Shown here: piece after piece, positions 56,248 to 64,000 of the stretch | Layout: each line of letters begins with the position of its first letter | Position numbering within the stretch: the first letter of the stretch is position 1 | Origin: Chloroflexota bacterium | GTDB taxonomy: Bacteria > Chloroflexota > UBA11872 > VXNJ01 | DNA: 64,000 bases | Reading direction: 5' to 3' | Assembly: GCA_965217845.1 (NCBI GenBank) | Contig: OZ244573.1 | Coordinates: forward strand, 1,912,610 to 1,976,609 | Translations under genes and position numbers: made by a program | The notes under the pieces: model-generated | Told to the model about the DNA's origin: nothing | The model's input: only the letters and a program-made list of their open reading frames with translations | The model's database searches: none

Positions 56248-57307
56248 CGGAGTCACCCCCGAATACGTTGCCGTCGGGCAGGGGATCCTGGACGATCTGG
56301 GACGCGAGCTGGCGCTGCGTGGGGTCGAACCAACCACCGCTTTCCTGATTGGGGACGAGGCCGTTGACGAACTCTACGGGGACCGCGTAAGCGTCGCGCT
56401 GGCAGATGCCGGCTGGCGGGTCCAGCGACGGGCAATTCGCGCCGGCGAGGAAAGCAAATCCGTGGCCAGCGCCGAGGCGCTTTGGCGGTGGCTGCTGCAG
56501 CACCGCGCCGAACGCTCCGACCTGATCGTGGCCTTGGGGGGCGGTGTAATCGGTGACCTGGTCGGTTTTGTCGCCGCAACCTGGGGGCGCGGAGTCGCCT
56601 GGGCGCAGGTTGCCACCACGCTGCTGGCCCAGGTTGACTCCAGCATCGGCGGCAAAGTCGCGGTCGATCTACCGGGCGGCAAGAACATGGTCGGCGCTTT
56701 CCACAATCCGGTCCTAGCGCTGCTGGACACGCTTACCCTGCGGACCCTGCCGCGGCGCGATCTGGCCGCCGGCTGGGTCGAGGCGATCAAGCACGGCTTA
56801 ATTCGCGACGCCGCCTACCTGGCCGAACTGGAACGAAGGCCGTTTGACCTGCAAGACCCGGAAATGCTGGAACTGGCGGTGCGCAGCTCGGTGCGGATCA
56901 AGTCGGAGGTCGTGATCAACGATCCCTTCGACCGCGGACTGAGGGCGGTGCTCAACTACGGCCACACGGTCGGGCACGCGATCGAGACCCTGGGGCAATA
57001 CCGCCGCCACCGTCACGGCGAGGCGATCGCGATCGGTATGGCCGCGGCCGGTTACATATCCACCAAACTGGCCGGTCTGCCCCCCGGCGAACTGGAACGG
57101 CAGAATGCACTACTGGCAAGCTGCGGTCTTGACCTGTCGGTCTCGGGGCTTGCCGCATCCGATATGCTGCGCGCCATGCAGTCCGACAAAAAAACCGCCG
57201 GCGGTCGTCCGCACTGGGTGCTGTTGGAGGAACTCGGCCAAGCCAGCGCCGGACATTTGGTCGATGACCCACTGGTCGAGGAAGCGCTGGCGACCATCGG
57301 CATCTGA
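56231..57307 (+). CDS. aroB: 3-dehydroquinate synthase
   Basis: 358 aa. GGGVIGDLVGFVAAT, DSSIGGKVAVD and HTVGHAIE motifs. Confidence 0.9.
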   Translation: MLTQPDGVTPEYVAVGQGILDDLGRELALRGVEPTTAFLIGDEAVDELYGDRVSVALADAGWRVQRRAIRAGEESKSVASAEALWRWLLQHRAERSDLIVALGGGVIGDLVGFVAATWGRGVAWAQVATTLLAQVDSSIGGKVAVDLPGGKNMVGAFHNPVLALLDTLTLRTLPRRDLAAGWVEAIKHGLIRDAAYLAELERRPFDLQDPEMLELAVRSSVRIKSEVVINDPFDRGLRAVLNYGHTVGHAIETLGQYRRHRHGEAIAIGMAAAGYISTKLAGLPPGELERQNALLASCGLDLSVSGLAASDMLRAMQSDKKTAGGRPHWVLLEELGQASAGHLVDDPLVEEALATIGI

Positions 57308-57384
57308 GGCCGCGACCAATAGAATTTTTGCTGCCGACGGCAGTCCCCCGATACGTTGCAATCTAGCCCCGAAGGCCTGCGTAC

Positions 57385-58230
57385 TTGGAGCAATTCGGCT
57401 CCTTTCTAGCGATTGTTATCGCCCTGCTGGGCGCCTTTGCCGCGGCAGTTTGGGTGGCGGCGATCTTTTGGGCCTTCAACGATGTCCGGGCGCGGACCCT
57501 AGACATTTACGTGCGTCTGTTTGCGACCCTGCTGGTGGCGGTATTGGGCCCGGCAGGAGTGGTTTTGTACCTGATCCTGCGTCCGCTGGAGACCCTCGAC
57601 AGCGTATACGTGCGGGCGCTGAACGAGGAGGCCATTCTCCGCGAACTGGAAGCGGCCGTGCCGCAGCGTCGCCCTGCCGCCGGTGGACCGGTCATCGTTC
57701 CCTTCCGCGGCCACGTCCCACGGATTGATCCCGAGGCGTGGGTTGCCCCCGGGGCGGTCCTCGTCGGCCAGGTAACTTTGGAACGCGGCGTTACCGTCTG
57801 GTACAACGCCGTAATCCGGGCCGACCACGAACCGATAACCGTGGGCGCCGGCTCCAACGTCCAGGACGGAGCCGTGCTGCACATCGAACATGGCCTGCCG
57901 GTGGTGATCGGGCGCGACGTGACTATCGGTCATGGAGCGATCGTGCACAGCGCCACCGTCGAGGACGGCGCCCTCATTGGGATGGGGTCGACCGTCCTCG
58001 ACGGGTCCCGCATCGGGGCGCGTTCGGTTGTCGGCGCCAATGCGTTGGTCACCCAGAACACTTCCTGCCCGCCCGAATCTTTGCTGCTGGGAGTGCCGGC
58101 CGAGATCGCCGGCAGCGTGCGCCCGCAACAGATCGAGTACATGCGCCGCAACGCCGCCGAGTACAGCGACCTGGGCGCGGAACAACGTGCGCACCCGGAC
58201 TCGGGGTCGCCCCAGGACGACGGCCAGTGA
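57385..58230 (+). CDS. apparent fusion: PLDc_N-like small membrane domain (2 TM) + gamma-carbonic-anhydrase/hexapeptide-repeat (YrdA/PaaY-like) domain
   Basis: The N-terminal ~90 aa resemble the cardiolipin-synthase-N-type small membrane protein family (WVAAIFWAFNDV...GPAGVVLYLILRP). The C-terminal ~170 aa show gamma-CA left-handed beta-helix motifs (VWYNAVIRAD...NVQDGAVLH, GHGAIVHSATV). No in-frame start codon was found between the two parts. Confidence 0.65.
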   Translation: MEQFGSFLAIVIALLGAFAAAVWVAAIFWAFNDVRARTLDIYVRLFATLLVAVLGPAGVVLYLILRPLETLDSVYVRALNEEAILRELEAAVPQRRPAAGGPVIVPFRGHVPRIDPEAWVAPGAVLVGQVTLERGVTVWYNAVIRADHEPITVGAGSNVQDGAVLHIEHGLPVVIGRDVTIGHGAIVHSATVEDGALIGMGSTVLDGSRIGARSVVGANALVTQNTSCPPESLLLGVPAEIAGSVRPQQIEYMRRNAAEYSDLGAEQRAHPDSGSPQDDGQ

Positions 58231-58472
58231 AGATTCGGGTGCTCTACTTTGCCCAGGTGGCCGAGATCGTCGGGCGGCGCGAAGAGATCTACGACTTGGA
58301 GCCCGGCTTGACCGCGGGCCTGCTTTTCCGGCGCATCGGCATCGAACATCCGGGCGTGGGGCAGCTCAAAGGGTCGCTGCGCCTGGCGCTAAATTGCCAA
58401 TTCGTCGCCGACTCCGAACCGCTCAGCGACGGCGACGAGTTCGCTCTGATCCCCCCGGTCAGCGGTGGCTGA
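58227..58472 (+). CDS. MoaD/ThiS-family ubiquitin-like sulfur-carrier protein with C-terminal Gly-Gly
   Basis: 81 aa. VKIRVLYFAQVAEIVG...GDEFALIPPVSGG. The GTG start overlaps the upstream stop (GTGA). Its stop overlaps the GTG start of the PHP gene. It lies inside a longer spurious track ORF (57738..58472). Confidence 0.7.
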   Translation: MKIRVLYFAQVAEIVGRREEIYDLEPGLTAGLLFRRIGIEHPGVGQLKGSLRLALNCQFVADSEPLSDGDEFALIPPVSGG

Positions 58473-59154
58473 GCTGGTGCGCGTGGAACTCCACGCGCAC
58501 ACCTGGTGGTCCGGGGACTGCGGAGTCAAGCCCCGGGATTTATGTCAAGCCGCCCGCGACGCCGGCATCGACGTGCTGGCGGTGACCGACCACAACCAGA
58601 TCGGCGGCGCATTTGAAGCCCGCGACTGCGGGATCCTGCCGGTGATCGTGGGCGAGGAAATCCGCACCAATGTCGGCGAGGTGTTGGCCTATTTCCTGGA
58701 GGAGTGGATTCCGCCACGCCTGCCACCGCTGGAGACGATCGCGCGCATCCGCGACCAGGGCGGAGTCGTCTCCATCCCCCACCCGCGCGACCGCGACCGC
58801 AACAGCACCCTCGCCGCCGCCGAGCTGGAATCGGTGGCGCCGCACTTGGACATGGTCGAGGTGTTCAATTCGCGGGTTGTAAATCAGGACTACAACCGCC
58901 AGGCGGCCGACCTTTGCTTCCGCCACGGCAAGGTCGCGGCCGTGGGATCGGACGCACACACCCGCGGCGAAGTCGGTACCAGCTGGCAGGAAATCGCTCC
59001 CTTCGAGGAAGCATCGCAGTTCCTGGCCGCGATGGCCGAAGCGCGCCTTAGCACCCGCCGCTCGTCGGCGCTGGTACGAATCGCCTCCAACTGGCAAAAG
59101 CTGCGCAAGCGGGTTCTTGGACCCGATGTTTCCGGGCTCGTCGGCCGCAGCTGA
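58465..59154 (+). CDS. PHP-domain metal-dependent phosphoesterase
   Basis: 229 aa. VELHAHTWWSGD and VTDHNQIGG motifs of the PHP (polymerase/histidinol phosphatase) fold. Confidence 0.8.
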   Translation: MAELVRVELHAHTWWSGDCGVKPRDLCQAARDAGIDVLAVTDHNQIGGAFEARDCGILPVIVGEEIRTNVGEVLAYFLEEWIPPRLPPLETIARIRDQGGVVSIPHPRDRDRNSTLAAAELESVAPHLDMVEVFNSRVVNQDYNRQAADLCFRHGKVAAVGSDAHTRGEVGTSWQEIAPFEEASQFLAAMAEARLSTRRSSALVRIASNWQKLRKRVLGPDVSGLVGRS

Positions 59155-59179
59155 TCGCCGGTCGGCGGGCGACAGCCGG

Positions 59180-59773
59180 TTAGTCGGCGATTCGGTATAC
59201 GTGCAGGATCCGTTGCAGGGCGGTGATATTGGTTACTGCGGCCAGAATCCAGATCGCCGCGAGCAGAATCCAATCGGCCGCGGTTGCTGACAGAACCAGC
59301 GCCAACCCCAGGATCAGCAGTCGCTCCGGACGCTGCAGATAACCAACTTTGCATTCCAGGCCCAGCCCCTCGGCCCGGGCGCGACAGTAGCTGACCATCA
59401 GCGAACCGCAGATGGCCAACAGCGATCCGAATACCCCCCACTGCTCCGCGGAATTGGCGTAGTGCCAGGATGCTCCGGCAAAGAAGAAGATCTCGACATA
59501 GCGGTCTAGCACCGAATCAAGGAAAGCGCCGAAGCGGCTGGCGCTTCCCTGCAGGCGGGCCAGGGCACCGTCGAGCGAGTCCAGCGCCGTCGTCGGCAGA
59601 AGGATCACGCCGGCCCATAGGTGATGGTCGAACGCAATCAAGGCCGCCGGCGCCAGGTTCAAGGTCGATCCAATGACGGTGATCGCATTCGGAGTCAACG
59701 GCGTGCGGTCGACGATTCGCGCCATGGCGGTCATCATCCGGCGGAACCGCTCCTGAAGCTCCGACCAGGTCAA
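59180..59773 (-). CDS. CDP-alcohol phosphatidyltransferase (PgsA1/PIP-synthase-like)
   Basis: 197 aa. DSLDGALARLQGSASRFGAFLDSVLDRY = D-x2-DG-x2-AR-x8-G-x3-D-x3-D. Multi-TM protein. Confidence 0.85.
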   Translation of the reverse strand: MTWSELQERFRRMMTAMARIVDRTPLTPNAITVIGSTLNLAPAALIAFDHHLWAGVILLPTTALDSLDGALARLQGSASRFGAFLDSVLDRYVEIFFFAGASWHYANSAEQWGVFGSLLAICGSLMVSYCRARAEGLGLECKVGYLQRPERLLILGLALVLSATAADWILLAAIWILAAVTNITALQRILHVYRIAD

Positions 59774-60996
59774 GTCCCGGCCACCTCGCGTTTTGCCGGC
59801 AGCAGATTACCGGATTGGCTGCGCGCGCGGGCGCGCAGCAATTCAATGTAGAAGTCAAACACCCTGGTGGCCACCACCTCCCAGGAAAAATCGATTACCC
59901 GCTGGCGACCGGCGCGCCGGAAGCGCTCGGCCGTTGTAGGGTGTTGCAGCAGTCGCAGGATACCGCGGGCGAGCGCGCGTTTATCGTCGGGGGTGCAGTA
60001 GAGCACCGCGCTGCCGTCGGGCGACACGGTCCGGTAACCGGGGATGTCGGATGCCACCACCGGGGTTCCGGCGGCCATGCCCTCCATCAGCACAATGCCC
60101 TGGCTCTCGCGCGCCGAGCCTTGCGCCGGCGCCACAAGGATGTCGGCCGACTGCAGATAGGCGCGCTTCTGGTCCTCGGAGACCCGCCCGGTGAACAGGG
60201 TGTCTTGTATACCGGCTCGCATCAGGCGCCGCTGCGCCCGCTGCAGCTGGCCCTGGTCGTATGCGCCCACCACCACCAGGCGCGCATCGGGGCGCAAGCG
60301 ACGCACGGTCCCCATCGCGTCGATCAGCAGGGGCAATCCCTTGCGCTTTTCCATTCGCCCCAGGAACATGACCGAGGGGCGTTGCCCGGCAAGCTCTTTG
60401 ACCGGTTCCACCGGCGTCCCGAACCATATCGGGTCGATTCCGTTGGGAATGATCCGGTACTCGCCCGGAAATGCCCGCCAGACGAAGTCGCGGGCCGCGG
60501 ACGAGACCGCGATCTTGCCGTCGAGGCGTCGGTGGAAGCGCCCCAGCAGCGGTTTGTAAGCGCGATACACGGTCGAGGTCTTGCGGGTCGCATGGAACGT
60601 CCCCACGTTTACGGCGGTGGAGAGCCGCAGAACCTGCAGCGGCAGCACCGGGGCCATGGGTTCGTGGATGTGCACAACGTCGAACCCGCCGCCGGCGGAG
60701 AGTTCGCGTTTGATCATCGGCTGCATGCGCGGCGAAAGCGCCAAACGGGCGATCGACCCGTTGCTGCGGACCGGCACGATCATGCGTGAAATCGGAACCA
60801 CCCCGGGTGTGTCGAGATTGCCGGCCGGCTCCGAGCTCGGCGCCATGATCTTGACGTAGTGGCCGCGGCGACGAAAAATTCGCGCCAGATTGCTGATATG
60901 GGCGCCGACCCCTCCGGGTACCGCGAAATCGTAGGGGGAAACCAGGCAGATGCGCAGTAGCTCGGGATCGTCCCGGCTCGGCTGCGGCCAGATCAT
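59770..60996 (-). CDS. GT4 family glycosyltransferase, PimA-like (phosphatidylinositol mannosyltransferase-like)
   Basis: The N-terminus LRICLVSPYDFAVPGGVGAHISNLARIFRRRGHYVKIMAPS resembles PimA. The C-terminal EX7E-type GT4 region is present. An internal Met is chosen to limit overlap with the upstream gene. The track ORF runs to 61086. Confidence 0.8.
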   Translation of the reverse strand: MIWPQPSRDDPELLRICLVSPYDFAVPGGVGAHISNLARIFRRRGHYVKIMAPSSEPAGNLDTPGVVPISRMIVPVRSNGSIARLALSPRMQPMIKRELSAGGGFDVVHIHEPMAPVLPLQVLRLSTAVNVGTFHATRKTSTVYRAYKPLLGRFHRRLDGKIAVSSAARDFVWRAFPGEYRIIPNGIDPIWFGTPVEPVKELAGQRPSVMFLGRMEKRKGLPLLIDAMGTVRRLRPDARLVVVGAYDQGQLQRAQRRLMRAGIQDTLFTGRVSEDQKRAYLQSADILVAPAQGSARESQGIVLMEGMAAGTPVVASDIPGYRTVSPDGSAVLYCTPDDKRALARGILRLLQHPTTAERFRRAGRQRVIDFSWEVVATRVFDFYIELLRARARSQSGNLLPAKREVAGT

Positions 60997-61012
60997 GGCC
61001 GATTGCCCAGGG

Positions 61013-61897
61013 TCAGCACCCGACCGTGGGCCAGAGGGTGCGGAATTGATACCACTGATCCGGCGCCAGCCGGATGTGGCGTTCAAGACTGGCCACGGTG
61101 GCCTGCAGGAGTCGATTGATCTCGGCTTCCGGGGGCGCCGAGCGGTCGGGAATGATCGAATCGGCGACCCTCAGGATCGCCTGACCCGATCCACCGCGGT
61201 AGACAACCAGCGGGATGATCGCGGCATTGGTGCGCAGCGCCAGCTTGGCAACCCCGGCCGGCAATCGGATAATGCGCCCGAACCAGTTGACCGGAACCCC
61301 GCCGCGCTCAAGCGGACGGTCGATCAGAATTGCCACCCTTCCGCCCCGGCGCAGGACCGAGAACATCTGCCGGATATCGCGTTGCATGTCCAGTGATTTC
61401 ATGCCCAGGTGTACCCGAAGTCGTCGAAAAACCTCGGTTAGACCGGGATTGGCGAAAGACTCCTGGACCACGTGGATGTCGGCCACGGAGGCCGCCCAGG
61501 AAGCCGCCGCATCCCAAGTCCCGTAGTGGCAGGTGGCCACGATGACCGGCCCATGGTGAAGCAGATGCAGCGCCCGCTCGCGCGCCAGGGGGGAGAAGAA
61601 CTGAACCTGCTGCCGCAGTTGCGCTGGCGGCGCTCGATAGGCATCGGCCATGGTCAACGCCTGCAGCATGTAGTTCTCGATCGATCGTCGCGCCAGCCGA
61701 CGGACCGCCGGGTCCCGGGCCGTGCCCCCGAGAATGACCGACATGTTGGCGCTGGTGGTCTCGCGCATGCGGGCCGAGAGCCAGTAAAGGCCGTAGGAAA
61801 CCAATTTGACGGCCGGTCGCTTTATCGACCAGGGGATCCAATTCAGGAGCCGGCAACCGGCTTCAAACAGCAGCAGCCAGGTCCAGCCTTGCGGCAT
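61013..61897 (-). CDS. lysophospholipid/lipid-A-type acyltransferase (LPLAT; HtrB/PatA-like)
   Basis: 294 aa. HX4D motif (CHYGTWD). The family is typical of PIM acyltransferase genes found next to pimA/pgsA1. Confidence 0.8.
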   Translation of the reverse strand: MPQGWTWLLLFEAGCRLLNWIPWSIKRPAVKLVSYGLYWLSARMRETTSANMSVILGGTARDPAVRRLARRSIENYMLQALTMADAYRAPPAQLRQQVQFFSPLARERALHLLHHGPVIVATCHYGTWDAAASWAASVADIHVVQESFANPGLTEVFRRLRVHLGMKSLDMQRDIRQMFSVLRRGGRVAILIDRPLERGGVPVNWFGRIIRLPAGVAKLALRTNAAIIPLVVYRGGSGQAILRVADSIIPDRSAPPEAEINRLLQATVASLERHIRLAPDQWYQFRTLWPTVGC

Positions 61898-63438
61898 CAG
61901 TTGGCCACTTCCACCGCTCGCGTCTCACGGATGACGGTGACTCGTACTTGGCCCGGATTGGTCATTTCAGCTTCTACTTCGGACGCGATCTCGCGTGCGA
62001 TCCGCAGTGCCCCCAGCTCGTCCACGTCGCCCGGATCGACCGCGATCCGCAGCTCGCGGCCGGCCTGGAGGGCAAACGAGTTAACCACGCCTTCGTGCGA
62101 GTTGGCGATCTGTTCGAGCGCTTCAAGGCGCTTCATAAACAATTCGCTGGTTTCGCGTCGCGCCCCGGGGCGGGATGAAGAAATCGCATCCGCGGCGGCT
62201 ACCACGAATGCCTCCGGCGACGCCGGATAAACATCGAAGTGGTGGGCTTCAATGGTGTGCGCGACCAACTCGTCGACGCCATAGCGACGGCAGCGTTGAG
62301 CCCCGTTCTGGGCGTGCTTGCCGTCGACTTCGTGGGAGAGCGCCTTGCCGATGTCGTGCAGCAAGCCGCCGGCCCGCGCCACCTTGCTGTCGGCCCCCAT
62401 TTCGCCGGCGATTACGCCGGCCAGATGGGCCACCTCTACTGAGTGGGCGAGAACGTTTTGGCCATAGCTTTGGCGATAGTTGAGCTGCCCGAGCAGGAGC
62501 ACCAATTCCTGGTGCAGTTTGGGTACCTTGGCCTCAAAGCAGGCGCGTTCGCCGGCTTCACGAATAGATTTGCGCACCGCCACGCGGGCGCGGTTGAAGT
62601 GTTGTTCGATGCTGACCGGATGCACGCGTCCGTCCTCGATCAGGCTCGAGAGGGTGCGTCGGGCAATCTCGCGTCGCACCGGATCGTGCGAGGAGAGAGT
62701 TACGGTTTCGGGGGTGTCGTCAATTAGCAGATCAACGCCGGTGATGGCCTCGAATGCCCTGATGTTGCGCCCCTCGCGGCCGATTATTTGGCCCTTGGAT
62801 TCGTCGCCGGGCAGTTTTACGGCCGAGGTCGTCGAGCCCTGGGTGACGGCCGAGGCCACCCGTTGCAGGCTGTTGGCAACTAGCCAGCGCGCCCGCAGGT
62901 CCGCTTCCTGCCGCGCCTGTTCCTCGACCCCGCGGACGATCTGGTCAGCCAGATCGCGCGATTCCTCCGAGACTTTTTCCAACAGCACCGTCCGCGCCTG
63001 GACGTGGGTCATCTGGGCGACCTCTTCCAGGAGGGTGGCATGTTCGGCCTGGCGTTCGGCCAGCTGCTGCATCTGTTGGTTGAGTTCACCCTCGCGTTGG
63101 TGCAGCTCCTCCTCGCGGCGCCCCAAGTTCTCGGAGCGGCGATCGAGCGATTGTTCGCGGCGCTTTACGTCACGGTTGCGTTGCCGAATCTCGCGTCGGT
63201 TGTCGCTGGCCTGCTGCTCGACGTTTTGACGCAGCGCATTGGCCTGCTGGGTCGCCCCCGCGATCAGTTCACGCTGTTTTTGCTCAACCTTGGCGAGTTC
63301 GGATTCAAGATTTAGCGCAAATACACCGGCTTGCCGGCGCGCGATCAGCATCTGCAGCAGGTATCCGCCGGCAAGTGCGATAAGCGCGACCGCTGCGATC
63401 AAAAAGACGATCGCGACCCAGTTGTCTAGCAAGGACAT
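61897..63438 (-). CDS. rny: ribonuclease Y
   Basis: 513 aa. N-terminal TM anchor, long coiled-coil, KH domain (GKIIGREGRNIRAFE) and HD domain (LLHDIGKA). Confidence 0.9.
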   Translation of the reverse strand: MSLLDNWVAIVFLIAAVALIALAGGYLLQMLIARRQAGVFALNLESELAKVEQKQRELIAGATQQANALRQNVEQQASDNRREIRQRNRDVKRREQSLDRRSENLGRREEELHQREGELNQQMQQLAERQAEHATLLEEVAQMTHVQARTVLLEKVSEESRDLADQIVRGVEEQARQEADLRARWLVANSLQRVASAVTQGSTTSAVKLPGDESKGQIIGREGRNIRAFEAITGVDLLIDDTPETVTLSSHDPVRREIARRTLSSLIEDGRVHPVSIEQHFNRARVAVRKSIREAGERACFEAKVPKLHQELVLLLGQLNYRQSYGQNVLAHSVEVAHLAGVIAGEMGADSKVARAGGLLHDIGKALSHEVDGKHAQNGAQRCRRYGVDELVAHTIEAHHFDVYPASPEAFVVAAADAISSSRPGARRETSELFMKRLEALEQIANSHEGVVNSFALQAGRELRIAVDPGDVDELGALRIAREIASEVEAEMTNPGQVRVTVIRETRAVEVAN

Positions 63439-63609
63439 GGAAGATTCCTCGATGTCGGTCGCGATGACGCTTTCCCGCAGGCGCCGAACGGATCGGGCGC
63501 GGTCCCGGAGTCCGGACCGCGGAGGACAGATATGGAATCGGCGGTGAAAGTGTCATCGTCGAGGCCCTGCAGGCCCCAATTGTTGTCTAAACGGATTATC
63601 CCTATTCGA

Positions 63610-64000
63610 TCATGCCCGCCGAACCGCCGTTGCCACCTTACCGGCAAGAATGCGGTCGTAGAACGCCGCGCTGGCGTCGGCCACATTGCGGTGCGTGAAG
63701 TGTTCCAGGACGCGCCGCCGGCCGGACAGTCCCAGCGCCCGCCGCAACCGCGGCGAACGCAGCCGCGCGAGCGCTGCGGCCAGGGCTGTGGGATCGCCCT
63801 GCGGCACGATCAACCCGGCATCGCCCACCACCAACGGGATTGCACCTGAATCCGAGCCCACCACCGCTCGCCCGCAGGCCATGGCTTCGATCAGCACCCG
63901 ACCGAACTGCTCTTTCCAGTTGGGCCGGTCCAGCGACGGCAAGACCAGGGCCTGGATCGAATTGAGGAACTGCGGCATCCGCCCCGAATCCAACTGTCCC
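63610..64000 (-). CDS. GT4 glycosyltransferase, C-terminal part (gene continues past window end)
   Basis: C-terminal GT4 signature (FGRVLIEAMACGRAVVGSD). There is no start within the window. Confidence 0.7.
   Translation of the reverse strand, partial: GQLDSGRMPQFLNSIQALVLPSLDRPNWKEQFGRVLIEAMACGRAVVGSDSGAIPLVVGDAGLIVPQGDPTALAAALARLRSPRLRRALGLSGRRRVLEHFTHRNVADASAAFYDRILAGKVATAVRRA

Noticed and set aside
57738-58472. 244-aa track ORF overlapping the gamma-CA gene in another frame
   Set aside because: Only the last 81 codons (from GTG at 58227) form a coherent MoaD/ThiS-like protein. The upstream part is Arg/Pro-rich out-of-frame overlap with a well-supported gene.

Overview
The window is a high-GC (~66%) bacterial chromosome segment with four parts. 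(1) Bases 1-27855 are one uninterrupted minus-strand supercluster of translation and transcription genes (rpoB, rpoC, str, S10, spc, alpha, rplQ, truA, rplM). There is no rplKAJL upstream of rpoB. (2) Bases 28-48.8 kb are a stress and chaperone neighbourhood. It holds a Firmicutes-style operon remnant grpE-dnaJ-prmA-mtaB-HIT that lacks hrcA and dnaK and sits behind an NHL-repeat lipoprotein. It also holds a contiguous lon-dnaK-grpE-dnaJ(type II)-hspR-clpB block. Between them are miaB, a beta-propeller lipoprotein, an Eis-like GNAT and an AhpE-like peroxiredoxin. (3) Bases 48.9-52.5 kb carry an orphan solute-binding protein gene and a ~2.2 kb lower-GC, gene-poor island containing a frameshifted APH-family kinase pseudogene. 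(4) The right end holds an aro operon (aroF-aroA-aroE-aroK-aroB) with a hairpin/terminator leader. After it comes a translationally coupled PLDc_N/gamma-CA - MoaD-like - PHP module. A PIM-like lipid cluster (acyltransferase, GT4 mannosyltransferase, CDP-alcohol phosphatidyltransferase) follows, then RNase Y and a partial GT4. Several traits suggest a Chloroflexota/Thermus-like or deep-branching lineage rather than a classical actinobacterium: RNase Y, a ~300-aa beta-prime insertion, HspR with a zinc-finger-less DnaJ, and S14 type Z. This placement is inference only. No CRISPR array, rRNA or tRNA gene was seen. All calls are from reading the ORF translations. No database search was run. Start codons are approximate where noted.
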